The notes beneath the pieces are model-generated. The model was not told the origin of the DNA, did not search any database, and saw only the letters and a list, made by a program, of their open reading frames with translations. A DNA stretch of 62,073 bases from Candidatus Pacebacteria bacterium RIFOXYA1_FULL_38_18. GTDB lineage: Bacteria; Patescibacteriota; Microgenomatia; UBA1400; PJMF01. Below are positions 1-9,475 of this stretch, piece by piece; position 1 is the stretch's first letter, and every line of letters starts with the position of its first letter. The DNA is taken from NCBI GenBank assembly GCA_001787405.1, contig MFWV01000013.1:1-62073 (forward strand), in the 5' to 3' direction. Both the position numbers and the translations under genes were made by a program.

Positions 1-2
1 AA

Positions 3-155
3 AAACTGCTGGATAAATTTACTGGCACACTTACTTTAGATCAAGTTACAAATTTAGCTAAAATAATCATTAAAAACAATAACACCAGTCAATATTTATA
101 TTTCTTATTAATGCTGTTATCTAAGAATAAAATAAAAGGACCCATCGTGGTCTAA
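3..155 (+). CDS. C-terminal fragment of an unidentified gene cut by the window edge
   Basis: Frame 3 is open from the window edge to TAA 153-155 (..KLLDKFTGTLTLDQVTNLAKII..GPIVV*). No motif recognised. Confidence 0.3.
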   Translation, partial: KLLDKFTGTLTLDQVTNLAKIIIKNNNTSQYLYFLLMLLSKNKIKGPIVV

Positions 156-226
156 CCTCTAATTTCCGCTTGTATCTCACTTTAAATTGCTTATACTGAA
201 ATAATAAGTATTAGTTAGATCACCTT

Positions 227-910
227 ATGTCTTTTACCAAAACCACCTTGCGTTTAGTAGCAGTCTTGGCCCTTTTGAGCTTTGGAGCTTGGTCATTTTG
301 GCGCTATCAACAAGCTCAGAAACAGTTACGCTTATTAAATGATCCTCAAGCCCAGAGTGAGTTGGTAGCCAAAGAGCGTCAGGAACTATTGGCCAAAGTT
401 GGTCAATTAATGGTTTTACCAGAGGGCGAGGAACCTTTAATTTTAGACATTCAGGATGCTGAAGTTATGGCCAAAGCCCAACCCTTTTTCCAAAACACAG
501 TTGATGGTGATAAAGTCCTGATTTATGTTGAAGCCGGTAAAAGCATTATTTATTCGCCTTCCAGAAATATTATTGTCAATACGGGTGCGCTGTTGGTTAG
601 TGGTGGTGCCTTGCCACTAGATATAGAGAATCCTTTACAAATAGAGATTCGTCAGGGTGGAGCAAGTGATGAGCGAATAGAAGCTTTACAAGCCCAACTA
701 TTACAAATTGCTGGTGTAGAAATATTAGAAATTACCAAAGCTGCCAATCAAAATTATCAAGGACCGATCGTCGTAGCCTTGGTTGAAGATGAAGCTAGAT
801 TGGAGCAAGCACGTATTTTTGCTGCCAATTTGGGTGTACCTCTAACTGAGGATTTGCCAACTGCCGAAGCCACCAGTGAGGCCGAAGTCTTGGTAATCGC
901 CGGAAAATAA
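227..910 (+). CDS. membrane-anchored protein with LytR_C-like C-terminal domain
   Basis: N-terminal TM helix (LRLVAVLALLSFGAWSFW). C-terminal IEIRQGGASDERIEALQAQLL..IVVALVEDEA..ARIFAANLG resembles the LytR cell-envelope C-terminal domain. Confidence 0.45.
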   Translation: MSFTKTTLRLVAVLALLSFGAWSFWRYQQAQKQLRLLNDPQAQSELVAKERQELLAKVGQLMVLPEGEEPLILDIQDAEVMAKAQPFFQNTVDGDKVLIYVEAGKSIIYSPSRNIIVNTGALLVSGGALPLDIENPLQIEIRQGGASDERIEALQAQLLQIAGVEILEITKAANQNYQGPIVVALVEDEARLEQARIFAANLGVPLTEDLPTAEATSEAEVLVIAGK

Positions 911-924
911 TTTTTCTGTTTGTG

Positions 925-997
925 TCGGGGATGCCAGACTCGAACTGACGACCTCACGGTTCCGAACCGTGCGCGCTACCAACTGCGCTAATCCCCG
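925..997 (-). tRNA. tRNA-Pro (anticodon CGG)
   Basis: The reverse complement CGGGGATTAGCGCAGTTGGTAGCGCGCACGGTTCGGAACCGTGAGGTCGTCAGTTCGAGTCTGGCATCCCCGA folds as a cloverleaf. Anticodon loop TTCGGAA. CCA is not encoded. Confidence 0.9.
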
Positions 998-1096
998 TTT
1001 TTAAATGAATCTGATCAGTTAAGATCGCTATTCTACTATTAGTTCACGATTTTTAGCACTATTTTTCTCATTCAGCTATATCATATACTGAATAGA

Positions 1097-2425
1097 ATGG
1101 TTGAAGACATCCTGCTCAATAATTATATTACCAGAGGTTTTTGGGGTGATGAGGCCTGGACGGCAATGATTTCTCGCTTGTCTATTCCGGAAATTCTGCA
1201 AGTAACTGGTCAAGATTTTCATCCACCGCTTTATTACCTATTGGTGTATGGATTTATGCAGATTTTTGGAGAAAATGAATGGATTCGTTTATTGTCAACG
1301 GTGTTTTTTATTTTGACTTTGATACCAGTTTATTATTTAGCCAAAAAATTGATCAACAAAACCGCAGCTTGGGTGAGCACGGTGTTGGTTGCTTTTAGTC
1401 CGATTTTGTTTATTTATGCTTTCGAGGCTCGTTCTTATGCACTTTTGACTCTCATATCGGTGCTGACTACTTTATTTTTTTGGCAGGCTGTATCTTTAAA
1501 CCCCAAAAATAAAAAACCCAAAGCAAAGAATATCAAGTTTTGGATTGTTTATGCACTCCTGGCCAGTTTGGGAATTTATACCCATTACTACATGTGGTTT
1601 ATCTTGGCTTCTCACGGAGTTTATTGGTTGCTGGTGGATAGACGTCAATTCAAACAAGTTTTTTTGGTTTATCTTTTTGTTTTATTAGCTCAATTACCTT
1701 GGGTCCCGACTTTATTTTCGCAAGTTCAGACCGTAGCAGGGGATTATTGGATCGGAGCAATCAATGAGAGAACCCATGCAGAATATTTCATGAGAGTTTC
1801 GGCAGGAGATGTTGCTACTTCTTGGCAAGCTAGTGTGGCAAAGGCTGTCTTTGGGGCTATTTTGGTCAGTCCATTATTGGTGTGGTGGAAGAATAAACGA
1901 AGAATTCCCAGAGAGTATTTGTTTGTTTGGAGTTGGCTGATTGTTCCGGTTTTACTTCCTTCTCTGCTTTCTTTTTACAAGCCGGTTTTCTTTTATCGTT
2001 ATTTGGTTTTTACTAGTGTGCCGATCTTGATGATTGCTGTTTGGGGAATTGTTTTACTCAAAAAAGAACTTTTATATGTTTTAGCCACCTTGCTTTTGGT
2101 TTTCTATTTAAAAACTGATTATCTTATTTTTAGCAATGCACCTCGTAGTATGAGAGAGGAACTGGGTGAGGCTTTTAGCTCTGAGACACCTCCAGGTGAA
2201 ACAGTGCCTGTTTTTACCTATCTGCCTTCTTTTGCAGAAGTATATTTTTATACCAAACAACAAGCACCAGTGAAGGTAGTGCCACTGGGATTGGTGCAGT
2301 TTTCTGGCAAGTCTTTGTTGGATAAATATGAGGAAAAAGGCTTGGTGGAAATCGTGGAGCCTGACTCTGATCAAAGTTATTGGGAATTTAGTCAGGGTCC
2401 AATTTCAAAGTTTCATGGTGACTGA
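1097..2425 (+). CDS. GT-C type membrane glycosyltransferase (ArnT/PMT-like)
   Basis: Multi-pass membrane protein. N-terminal GDEAWTAM..QDFHPPLYYLLVYGFMQIFG is typical of ArnT/PMT_2 family glycosyltransferases. Confidence 0.6.
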   Translation: MVEDILLNNYITRGFWGDEAWTAMISRLSIPEILQVTGQDFHPPLYYLLVYGFMQIFGENEWIRLLSTVFFILTLIPVYYLAKKLINKTAAWVSTVLVAFSPILFIYAFEARSYALLTLISVLTTLFFWQAVSLNPKNKKPKAKNIKFWIVYALLASLGIYTHYYMWFILASHGVYWLLVDRRQFKQVFLVYLFVLLAQLPWVPTLFSQVQTVAGDYWIGAINERTHAEYFMRVSAGDVATSWQASVAKAVFGAILVSPLLVWWKNKRRIPREYLFVWSWLIVPVLLPSLLSFYKPVFFYRYLVFTSVPILMIAVWGIVLLKKELLYVLATLLLVFYLKTDYLIFSNAPRSMREELGEAFSSETPPGETVPVFTYLPSFAEVYFYTKQQAPVKVVPLGLVQFSGKSLLDKYEEKGLVEIVEPDSDQSYWEFSQGPISKFHGD

Positions 2426-2481
2426 TTCTTGATTGTTTCTTGATTGGCTATTAATTGGCTGCACCAGAGCTAATTGTCTGG

Positions 2482-3879
2482 CTAATTCTTCAATTCGATA
2501 GCATAAAGATTGAGCGGAGAGTTGGGGCTAAAAGTAGTCAAAATGATGAGTTTTTCGCCTCCTGGCCATGGATAAAAGAAGCCATCAGCAAATTGCCCAG
2601 AATAAATAGTGGTTTTGTTGGTGCTGTCATATTCCACGATTTCAATCGAGTCTGCCGAGAAACTAACTAGATGGCTCGAGTTGGGAAGCCATTGAGGTAG
2701 AGCAGTGAAGATGGGAGCGTAATAATTTTGGAAAAGCTGAGCTGTCTCTGCCGAAGTGGTGGCTTGTAATTTGGTAAAGGCAGCAGGAGAACTTTCTAGA
2801 GACTGAGCGGGACCATAAAGATCAATGGCCAATAGTTGTTTGGCTGGATGATTACTAGTTTCCTCACCAATTAGAAAATTAAGATCTTCTTCGGCATCAT
2901 AAACATAAATATTGTCTGGTTTTAAATCTCTGGATTCAGGTTGAGTGTTGCGCGATGGTACGGGCGGAACGATGTTGTCGGACAAAGTAAGCTCGGCTGT
3001 GGCAGTGTACATCATGCGTTTTTTATCTGGTGATAAATAAACATTTTTGGCGGAACTAGTAGCAATTTGAATAATTTCTTCAGGAAATTCTTTCAAAAAC
3101 TCTCGTTCGTGTTGATACATTTCTTCTTCCCATTCTGATAAAACCTGGGCTCTTTTCCAGGAAATATCAGGAGTTTGAATGAGGTCAACTTTATTTCCTA
3201 TTTCAATAATCATTTCCTTGACTTCTGAAAGAATCATTAGTTCCGCACTGTTGGGTGACCAGATCAAATGGGCCGTTTGCAATTCCAATTCCGGTACGTC
3301 TTGAACAATTAATTTGGGACTGCGAGTGAGGGGAATGAAGTTATTTGATAGCTCCAATAAATAAAGACCATTTTTATCTTCATTGTGAGTGTTGTTGGTA
3401 TAAAAAACTATTTTTTGTCCGTCTGGAGAAGTAGTGATGTTGGTTGCCCCACTCAAAGTGAGCGGAGCAAGACTGGGAGCAGTGGGAAATAGTTGGGCAT
3501 GAGTTTGAGTAACCAATTCTTTTTCAATAGTGAGTAGTTTTTGCCAGGGAGAATAACCTTCTTTGCGTATTTCTACGAGATATTCTCCAGGAGAAAGATA
3601 GAGAGTATTGTCAGTAGCAGTCATCAATTCGCCATCAATATAGACCTCGGCACCGGTGGGAAAGGAGTTGGCATTGAGCAGGCCTGTTTCTGTTTGAAAA
3701 CCAGCTTTGGTAAAACGCAAGCCACCCTTGGCGTATTGAATGGCAATCAGAGCACTCAAAATCATGACTACCAAAAAAACAAACGTATACAAAAGTCCCA
3801 TATTTACCCCGATGAATAGCTTCGGTCTCCACGGCGATTTTTGAGGTAATTTTTGAGGGGAAGATTTTTTCATCTGCAA
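2482..3879 (-). CDS. PEGA domain-containing membrane-anchored protein
   Basis: TM anchor, then a PEGA motif (PTGAEVYIDGELMTATDNTLYLSPGEYLVEIRKEGYSPWQK). Long beta-rich C-terminal region, possibly propeller-like. Confidence 0.6.
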   Translation of the reverse strand: MQMKKSSPQKLPQKSPWRPKLFIGVNMGLLYTFVFLVVMILSALIAIQYAKGGLRFTKAGFQTETGLLNANSFPTGAEVYIDGELMTATDNTLYLSPGEYLVEIRKEGYSPWQKLLTIEKELVTQTHAQLFPTAPSLAPLTLSGATNITTSPDGQKIVFYTNNTHNEDKNGLYLLELSNNFIPLTRSPKLIVQDVPELELQTAHLIWSPNSAELMILSEVKEMIIEIGNKVDLIQTPDISWKRAQVLSEWEEEMYQHEREFLKEFPEEIIQIATSSAKNVYLSPDKKRMMYTATAELTLSDNIVPPVPSRNTQPESRDLKPDNIYVYDAEEDLNFLIGEETSNHPAKQLLAIDLYGPAQSLESSPAAFTKLQATTSAETAQLFQNYYAPIFTALPQWLPNSSHLVSFSADSIEIVEYDSTNKTTIYSGQFADGFFYPWPGGEKLIILTTFSPNSPLNLYAIELKN

Positions 3880-3895
3880 ACGCTATTATATCAGT

Positions 3896-4912
3896 ATGAT
3901 CTTAGAGAGATTAGAGGCATTAAGCAAAATCGTGGCAGTGGATTTGGGTAGTTCTATCACTAGGATTTGGGTTAAGGGCAAAGGTTTGGTTTTGGAACAG
4001 CCCAGTTTTCTAGCGGTAGACACCACTTCACAAAAAATCTTGGCAGTCGGTCAGGATGCCAAAGAAATGCAAGGGCGCACTGCAGCCAATGTGCAGTTGT
4101 TTCAACCTTTTCAAAAAGGCCAAATTTGGGATATAGATGTGGCCAAGGCTTTTCTGGCAGCCATTCTCAGAGAAGTTTTGAGTAAAAGTTTTTTCAATCC
4201 CACACTAGTGTTTAGTATTCCTGCAAATTTAAAAAAAGCCGTAGAGGATGAAACTGTCCAACTGGGTTATGGTTTGGGAGCACGAGAGGTGCTGACAGTG
4301 GCTCAACCGCTAGCTGCTGCTATTGGTGCTGGCATGCCAGTGGCAGACGCTTCTGGTGGTTTTATTTTACATTTGGGTAAAGGAATTAATGAAACAGGAG
4401 TAATTTCTTTGGGTAGTTTGATAGAGGTAGAAAGCAATTATCAAGCTGGAGAGCAGTTTGAAAAAGAAATTATTTTTGCTTTGAAAGAGACTAAAAAATG
4501 CTCGATCAGCCGAGAAACTGCCAAAATGTTAATTGAAAATTTGGCGTCTTTGACGGACTCAACCGCCAAGCCAATCTTGATAGTGGGCAAACAAACCAAA
4601 ACTGGTATTCCCAAAGAAATTAAAGTTACTACTGAAGATTTACGCGAAGCAACACAACGTCAAGCTGATAGTTACGTGCAACTAGTCAAACAGCTTTTGA
4701 CCAAAGTACCCACCGAACTGACGGTAGATGTAGTGGATAAAGGTTTGATCTTGACGGGGGGAGGAGCTAAGTTGGCTGGCTTGGAGGAGTATCTGGTCCC
4801 GCGTTTGGGAGTGCCTGTCTCAGTGGCTGATGAGCCAGAACTGGCAGTAATTCGTGGCATGGGCGAGATCCTGAATCATTTGGAGGAGTTTAGAATGAGC
4901 TTGGGAGAGTAG
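3896..4912 (+). CDS. mreB: rod shape-determining actin-like protein MreB
   Basis: VAVDLGSSITRIWV (phosphate-1), GGFILHLGKGINETGVISLG, ILTGGGAKLAGLEEYL..VADEPELAVIRGMG. Confidence 0.85.
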   Translation: MILERLEALSKIVAVDLGSSITRIWVKGKGLVLEQPSFLAVDTTSQKILAVGQDAKEMQGRTAANVQLFQPFQKGQIWDIDVAKAFLAAILREVLSKSFFNPTLVFSIPANLKKAVEDETVQLGYGLGAREVLTVAQPLAAAIGAGMPVADASGGFILHLGKGINETGVISLGSLIEVESNYQAGEQFEKEIIFALKETKKCSISRETAKMLIENLASLTDSTAKPILIVGKQTKTGIPKEIKVTTEDLREATQRQADSYVQLVKQLLTKVPTELTVDVVDKGLILTGGGAKLAGLEEYLVPRLGVPVSVADEPELAVIRGMGEILNHLEEFRMSLGE

Positions 4913-4933
4913 GAGTAGAAATCTTGACTATTT

Positions 4934-5230
4934 TTAACTCAACTTAATCTCCAAATTCATATCTAAAGCAGCAGCCAAGCGCATCATGACATCCAGAGTG
5001 GCATTACGTTGTCCAGTTTCAATTTCGCTCAATGTGGTTCGATTAATCTTGGCTTTTTTAGCCAATTTTTCTTGGGTGATTTTACGAGATTTGCGAGCAA
5101 ATTGAAAAATAAAAAGCAATTCGTAATACTTAGATTTTTGTTCAATCCAACTCATTTCCTCTGGAGTAAAGCGTTTATCAAACTCTTTCAAAGTGATATA
5201 GGGTGGTTTTTTTGTTTTGTTTTTTTTCAT
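4934..5230 (-). CDS. XRE-family HTH antitoxin (HigA-like)
   Basis: ITQEKLAKKAKINRTTLSEIETGQRNATLDVMMRLAAAL is a classic XRE HTH. It lies 8 nt downstream of the toxin ORF. Confidence 0.7.
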   Translation of the reverse strand: MKKNKTKKPPYITLKEFDKRFTPEEMSWIEQKSKYYELLFIFQFARKSRKITQEKLAKKAKINRTTLSEIETGQRNATLDVMMRLAAALDMNLEIKLS

Positions 5231-5238
5231 GTCTCTTT

Positions 5239-5571
5239 CTAGTTTAAGTATTTTTTTAATCTTTGTCTGGCTTTATTTATTTCTTTAATTGGTGTTTTAT
5301 TGGTTTTCTTTTGAAAAGCAGAAAGAATTATTATTTTGGGGTGTGCTAGGTAGGCGTATATCGACCTAAATTGCCCTTGGCAGGCAATTCTGATTTCAAA
5401 TAGGTCAAAACCTATTTTCTTCCCCATTTGTTTTTTTAAATAACCAATTTTTTCTAGTACCGACAGGCAGGCACGAAGCTCTACTTGAACTTTTTGCGGA
5501 AATTTATTTATTTCTTTTTCCGCCTTGCGATCAATGAGAATGATCTTTCTATTTATTTCAAATTGTTGCAT
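5239..5571 (-). CDS. RelE/ParE-superfamily toxin (Gp49/HigB-like)
   Basis: 110 aa. FDLFEIRIACQGQFRSIYAYLAHPKIIILSAFQKKTNKTPIKEINKARQRLKKY matches the Gp49-like/HigB pattern. Toxin-first order with an XRE partner. Confidence 0.6.
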   Translation of the reverse strand: MQQFEINRKIILIDRKAEKEINKFPQKVQVELRACLSVLEKIGYLKKQMGKKIGFDLFEIRIACQGQFRSIYAYLAHPKIIILSAFQKKTNKTPIKEINKARQRLKKYLN

Positions 5572-5716
5572 ATAAACAACATTTAGCCAAGTGGCAACTT
5601 AGTTTGATAATTAGAGAAAATTATAAAAGTACGAACTGACAACAAACTAACATTAACAAAGTATTAATCAACTAGTTTTTTAATGTGTTAAACTTACTTA
5701 AACTAGCAAAAGAAAT

Positions 5717-6010
5717 ATGGAAAAAAATCCGGCCGAATTACCCCAAGCCACCCCAGAAGCTCTGGAAACTTCTGAAAAGCAAGTGGGCGAAGAATATCCA
5801 GAATTCGATCTAGAGCTTGTTACTCAGGCTTGCAAGACAGTTGGTATTATTGATCCAGAGGAAATAAGATCAATAATGAAAACAACTCTTGAAAAAGCTC
5901 GGGAAACTGGTCAGCCTGCGGCTCAATTATTAGAAGAAGCCTTAAAATCGCTAGCGAATGATTCATCAAAAGAGACCCCTACAGAAGATTTTTCTAAAAA
6001 AAGTGAGTGA
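5717..6010 (+). CDS. small acidic hypothetical protein
   Basis: 97 aa ORF, E/T/P-rich, no motif recognised. Confidence 0.35.
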   Translation: MEKNPAELPQATPEALETSEKQVGEEYPEFDLELVTQACKTVGIIDPEEIRSIMKTTLEKARETGQPAAQLLEEALKSLANDSSKETPTEDFSKKSE

Positions 6011-6030
6011 AAGTTAGAAGTAAAGTTTTT

Positions 6031-7446
6031 TCAAGCAGTTATGTTTCTGACTGCTTCTTGAAATTGCATTCCTCGGTCGTGGTAATTTTCAAACAAACCA
6101 AAACTGGCGCTAGCTGGACTCATGAGCACAATACCTCCCATAGTTGGTATAAATTGGTGGGCTATCTTTACGGCTTCCGGCATGTTTTTGGCAAATTTCA
6201 TGGGAGGAGGCTTGACACCGCTTTTGTCAGCAATTTGTTTGATGGCTGTTTGCAAACGTTGGCCGGTGGGTTTGAATAGCACTAGGCCAATCACTTTTTT
6301 CTCCAAAATTACTCTAGCTAAATCCGTAAAATCTTGATCTCGTTCATGACCGCCAGCAATCAAAATCAAGGGTTTAGTAAAGCTTTCCAAAGCACGCAGA
6401 GTGGCAAAAGGATTGGTGGCTAATGAGTCGTCATAGTAACTCACGCCTTGTTTTTCCAATACAAGTTCCAAGCGGTGAGAGAGAGGCTTGAAGCTTTTTA
6501 GGGCTTGAGTGATGGTTTCGGTGTCTACATTGAATAAGTGCCCGACAATAATGGTTGGCAAAACATTGTATAAATTATGCTGTCCGGGAAGCGGTAGTTG
6601 ATTCGCAGGCAAAACAGCCGAAACTTGACCGCCGGGATGACGATACATCAGGGTGTCTTGGCGCATAAAGGCTACATTATCCGGTCCTTCGTGAAGACTA
6701 TGACGCAGATGCTTGCCAGGACTCAATGAGGCGATTTTGGCGGTTATTGCAAATTGCGGATTATAAATGACGATATCTCTGGGATGTTGCCACCGAGTGA
6801 TGGCGGTTTTGGCGATTTGGTATTCTTTGGTATCGGCATAGTAATCCAAATGTTCACTGGTAATATCTTGAATTACGGCCACGTAAGGACTGATGGTGAG
6901 GGTTTCTAGTTGATGACTGGATAATTCATAGACAACCAGCGTATCTGCTTCGATTTGTTCCAGTTGTGAAAGCGCCGGAGTGCCGATATTACCCAAAAGC
7001 AGAGTTTTCAGCTGGGCTGTTTGCAAAACATGATGAATAACGGCAGCGGTGGTGCTTTTGCCTTTTGTACCAGTAATGCCGATGATTTTTCCTGGGCAAA
7101 GCTCAAAGAAAAGTTGAGTATTGGAAGCTAGTTGAGCGCCTTTACCAATGGCTTTTTTGATGGCTGGCAAACTTTTGGGAATGCCAGGAGCTTTGAAAAT
7201 TAAGTCAAATTTATTGATTTTATCCAGATAATTTGATCCCAGAAGCAGAGTGAGTTGAGAATCTTGTTGCAGGATGGTTTGCTGATCACTGTTTAGTTGA
7301 GCAATTGATCTTTGGTCGGCAATGGCTAGTTTGAGTTTTGGTAGGTGGGATCTGAGAAACTGATAAGTAGACCAACCTTCGGCTCCCAATCCCAGGATGA
7401 CGATTTTTTGTTTGGTTAAATGTTTGAGTGCGCTAGTGTAATGCAT
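6031..7446 (-). CDS. murD: UDP-N-acetylmuramoyl-L-alanine--glutamate ligase (MurD family)
   Basis: N-terminal Rossmann motif IVILGLGAEGWSTYQFL. Mur ligase P-loop GITGTKGKSTT. Length 471 aa. D- versus L-Glu specificity cannot be read from the sequence. Confidence 0.85.
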   Translation of the reverse strand: MHYTSALKHLTKQKIVILGLGAEGWSTYQFLRSHLPKLKLAIADQRSIAQLNSDQQTILQQDSQLTLLLGSNYLDKINKFDLIFKAPGIPKSLPAIKKAIGKGAQLASNTQLFFELCPGKIIGITGTKGKSTTAAVIHHVLQTAQLKTLLLGNIGTPALSQLEQIEADTLVVYELSSHQLETLTISPYVAVIQDITSEHLDYYADTKEYQIAKTAITRWQHPRDIVIYNPQFAITAKIASLSPGKHLRHSLHEGPDNVAFMRQDTLMYRHPGGQVSAVLPANQLPLPGQHNLYNVLPTIIVGHLFNVDTETITQALKSFKPLSHRLELVLEKQGVSYYDDSLATNPFATLRALESFTKPLILIAGGHERDQDFTDLARVILEKKVIGLVLFKPTGQRLQTAIKQIADKSGVKPPPMKFAKNMPEAVKIAHQFIPTMGGIVLMSPASASFGLFENYHDRGMQFQEAVRNITA

Positions 7447-7499
7447 GGGTTGATGACTACTGATTATCAGGATTTGAATTAATAATTCTAATTTATTTA

Positions 7500-9371
7500 C
7501 TATTTACTAAACTGTTGGCACAATCGTGTCTGAGCTGATTTGACGATTTTACTCAACTGATCATTGAGATGATGCTGATCATTCCAAAAGCAGAGAGTTT
7601 CTTGAATTAATTGATCTAGATTTGGAATTTGAGCAAGAATATTTTCCTGGACGAACTGGAGTATGACTGGTAAGGGTTGATCGGGGTGATGATCTTGGAA
7701 TTTTTGTTTACTCAAAGCAAAAGCAACCAGTGTTTCTTGGTAAGTGCCGACACACTCAAATGGTTTGTGTTTATCTTGACCTAGCAGAGCTAAGGTCAAT
7801 GATTTGAGTGTTTCGTCTTCAAAAAGATTGGTGGTAAAGATTGGTCCAATCAATTGATTCTCATCAAGAAAAGGATACAAAATCGTAAAAACAAATAAGC
7901 ACTTGGCACATTTATGACACCAAACATTTGTTTGCTGACCGCGGTTGCAGCTGCGGAAAATAGAATGATACCTGGGGTATTGAGCAAAAATAGCAGCGAT
8001 TTGCAGTTCAAAGATGGGTCGAAGGAGTGATAAATATTCTGGAGCTTGAAGTTCGGCAGAGACTAGGTATTTTTGGGCATATTGGCGGAAAACTTGTTCA
8101 AATTCAAAGGTTTTGGAGTATTGGTGGTTAACGGTGGTGTCATGAAAAGGCACATTGCCTTCATTGGCGGAAAACTCGTTACCCAGCAGAATTTGTTGAT
8201 GACCCAGAAGAGTGGCCACTAAGCTAGTTTCAAAAGCTAGGCGAGCACTAAAGGGAGTATGGCCGTTTAAGTAATTGGCTTGATTGAGTTGTAATAATTT
8301 TGGATCGAGTTGGCGAGTGATTTTAATGATGTTGTTGGCTCGGCTGAGTCCAGCGATTTGGGCGGCGGCAGGGGATTGGGGATAGGAAAGTAGAGCATCA
8401 TATGGCAAATTATTTTCTTCTAAAAGCTCAATAACTAAAGCAGAATCCTTGCCGCCGCCCACTGGTACCAGATAGGAAGGGGCAACTGATGATTGATTGT
8501 TTGGTTGACTTGCTTGATTTTCTGATTGAGTTATTTGATCCGTTGATCGATCGAGAAGTTGAGCTGACTGCTTATCCGCTTGCTTGACTACTTGATCTCC
8601 TGATTGAAGATTGGTTGATTGAGCATTGGTCGATTGAGTATTAGTCGCCAAGCAAACCCATTCCACAAAATTTTCTGCAGTAAAATCTATTTGATTGGTA
8701 TAGAAAAACTCACCCATGCCTCGCAAGAGTAGTGTTTTCCACCAGGCTAATTGATCACTATCCAGTTGACCGGCCTCGATTATGATTTGCTGTGGAGCAG
8801 CTATTTTCCAGTAACTAAAAAGCTCGATTAGACCCAAGTGAAAGATCAAGTTATCTAGTTGCTTTCGGCCGATGTTTTGGATCATTTCTGCCTTGATGGA
8901 ATCGATAGTCAGCTGAGCAGTAAAAGGAATATCTGGTTCTAGCAAGAACTTAAATTCAATCACCAGTAATTCGTTAGTATGACTCCAGCTAAAACTTTGA
9001 TAGATGAATCGTGAGTGTTTAATTCGTAATTCAGCAAATGTCATATCTTCATTATATGCTAATTGCCCACCGAGATTCGAGTGCGATTTACGAATCAAAT
9101 TTTGCTGGATTTTCCGATTTTTGGAAGGGTATTTTCGGGTAAATGAATTGTAAAAAAGAGGAGATAATTGGCAAAAACTATTTTTAAGCAATTCAGAGTA
9201 ATTTTCTCTAGAAAAAATATGTTCAAAATTGATAAAAAGGACGAGTTTTGATCGAACAGCAAGATTGCTATTGAGTAGTGTTTGAAAAATTGAGTTTTGG
9301 GTTTGTCGAATTTTTTTATAAAAAACCCATAAAAGACCCAAAGTATGATGTTTGTATGATTTTTTATGCAA
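7500..9371 (-). CDS. PP-loop (N-type ATP pyrophosphatase-like) protein, candidate MurL-type epimerase; start uncertain
   Basis: VPVGGGKDSALVIELLEE resembles the SGGxDS PP-loop. A Q/S/T/N-rich linker precedes it. Co-oriented and directly upstream of murD. An alternative ATG at 9044 (MTFAELRIKH) would remove a K/N/F-rich 109-aa N-terminus. Confidence 0.5.
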   Translation of the reverse strand: MHKKSYKHHTLGLLWVFYKKIRQTQNSIFQTLLNSNLAVRSKLVLFINFEHIFSRENYSELLKNSFCQLSPLFYNSFTRKYPSKNRKIQQNLIRKSHSNLGGQLAYNEDMTFAELRIKHSRFIYQSFSWSHTNELLVIEFKFLLEPDIPFTAQLTIDSIKAEMIQNIGRKQLDNLIFHLGLIELFSYWKIAAPQQIIIEAGQLDSDQLAWWKTLLLRGMGEFFYTNQIDFTAENFVEWVCLATNTQSTNAQSTNLQSGDQVVKQADKQSAQLLDRSTDQITQSENQASQPNNQSSVAPSYLVPVGGGKDSALVIELLEENNLPYDALLSYPQSPAAAQIAGLSRANNIIKITRQLDPKLLQLNQANYLNGHTPFSARLAFETSLVATLLGHQQILLGNEFSANEGNVPFHDTTVNHQYSKTFEFEQVFRQYAQKYLVSAELQAPEYLSLLRPIFELQIAAIFAQYPRYHSIFRSCNRGQQTNVWCHKCAKCLFVFTILYPFLDENQLIGPIFTTNLFEDETLKSLTLALLGQDKHKPFECVGTYQETLVAFALSKQKFQDHHPDQPLPVILQFVQENILAQIPNLDQLIQETLCFWNDQHHLNDQLSKIVKSAQTRLCQQFSK

Positions 9372-9475
9372 AAATGAGTCCTCAAAGTGCCAACAAACTG
9401 CTAGAATAGAGTGAAGAAAGGCAAAGGTTTCGGCGTATCTTCAGTTTTAAGAATAGTTTTTTGGTCATTAAAATC

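Noticed and set aside
9095-9385. 96-aa minus-strand ORF overlapping the 5' end of the PP-loop gene.
   Set aside because: It is a second open frame in the same AT-rich stretch, with F/I/K/N-rich composition. At most one of the two overlapping frames can be real and neither has support. It is noted only as a reason to doubt the 9371 start.
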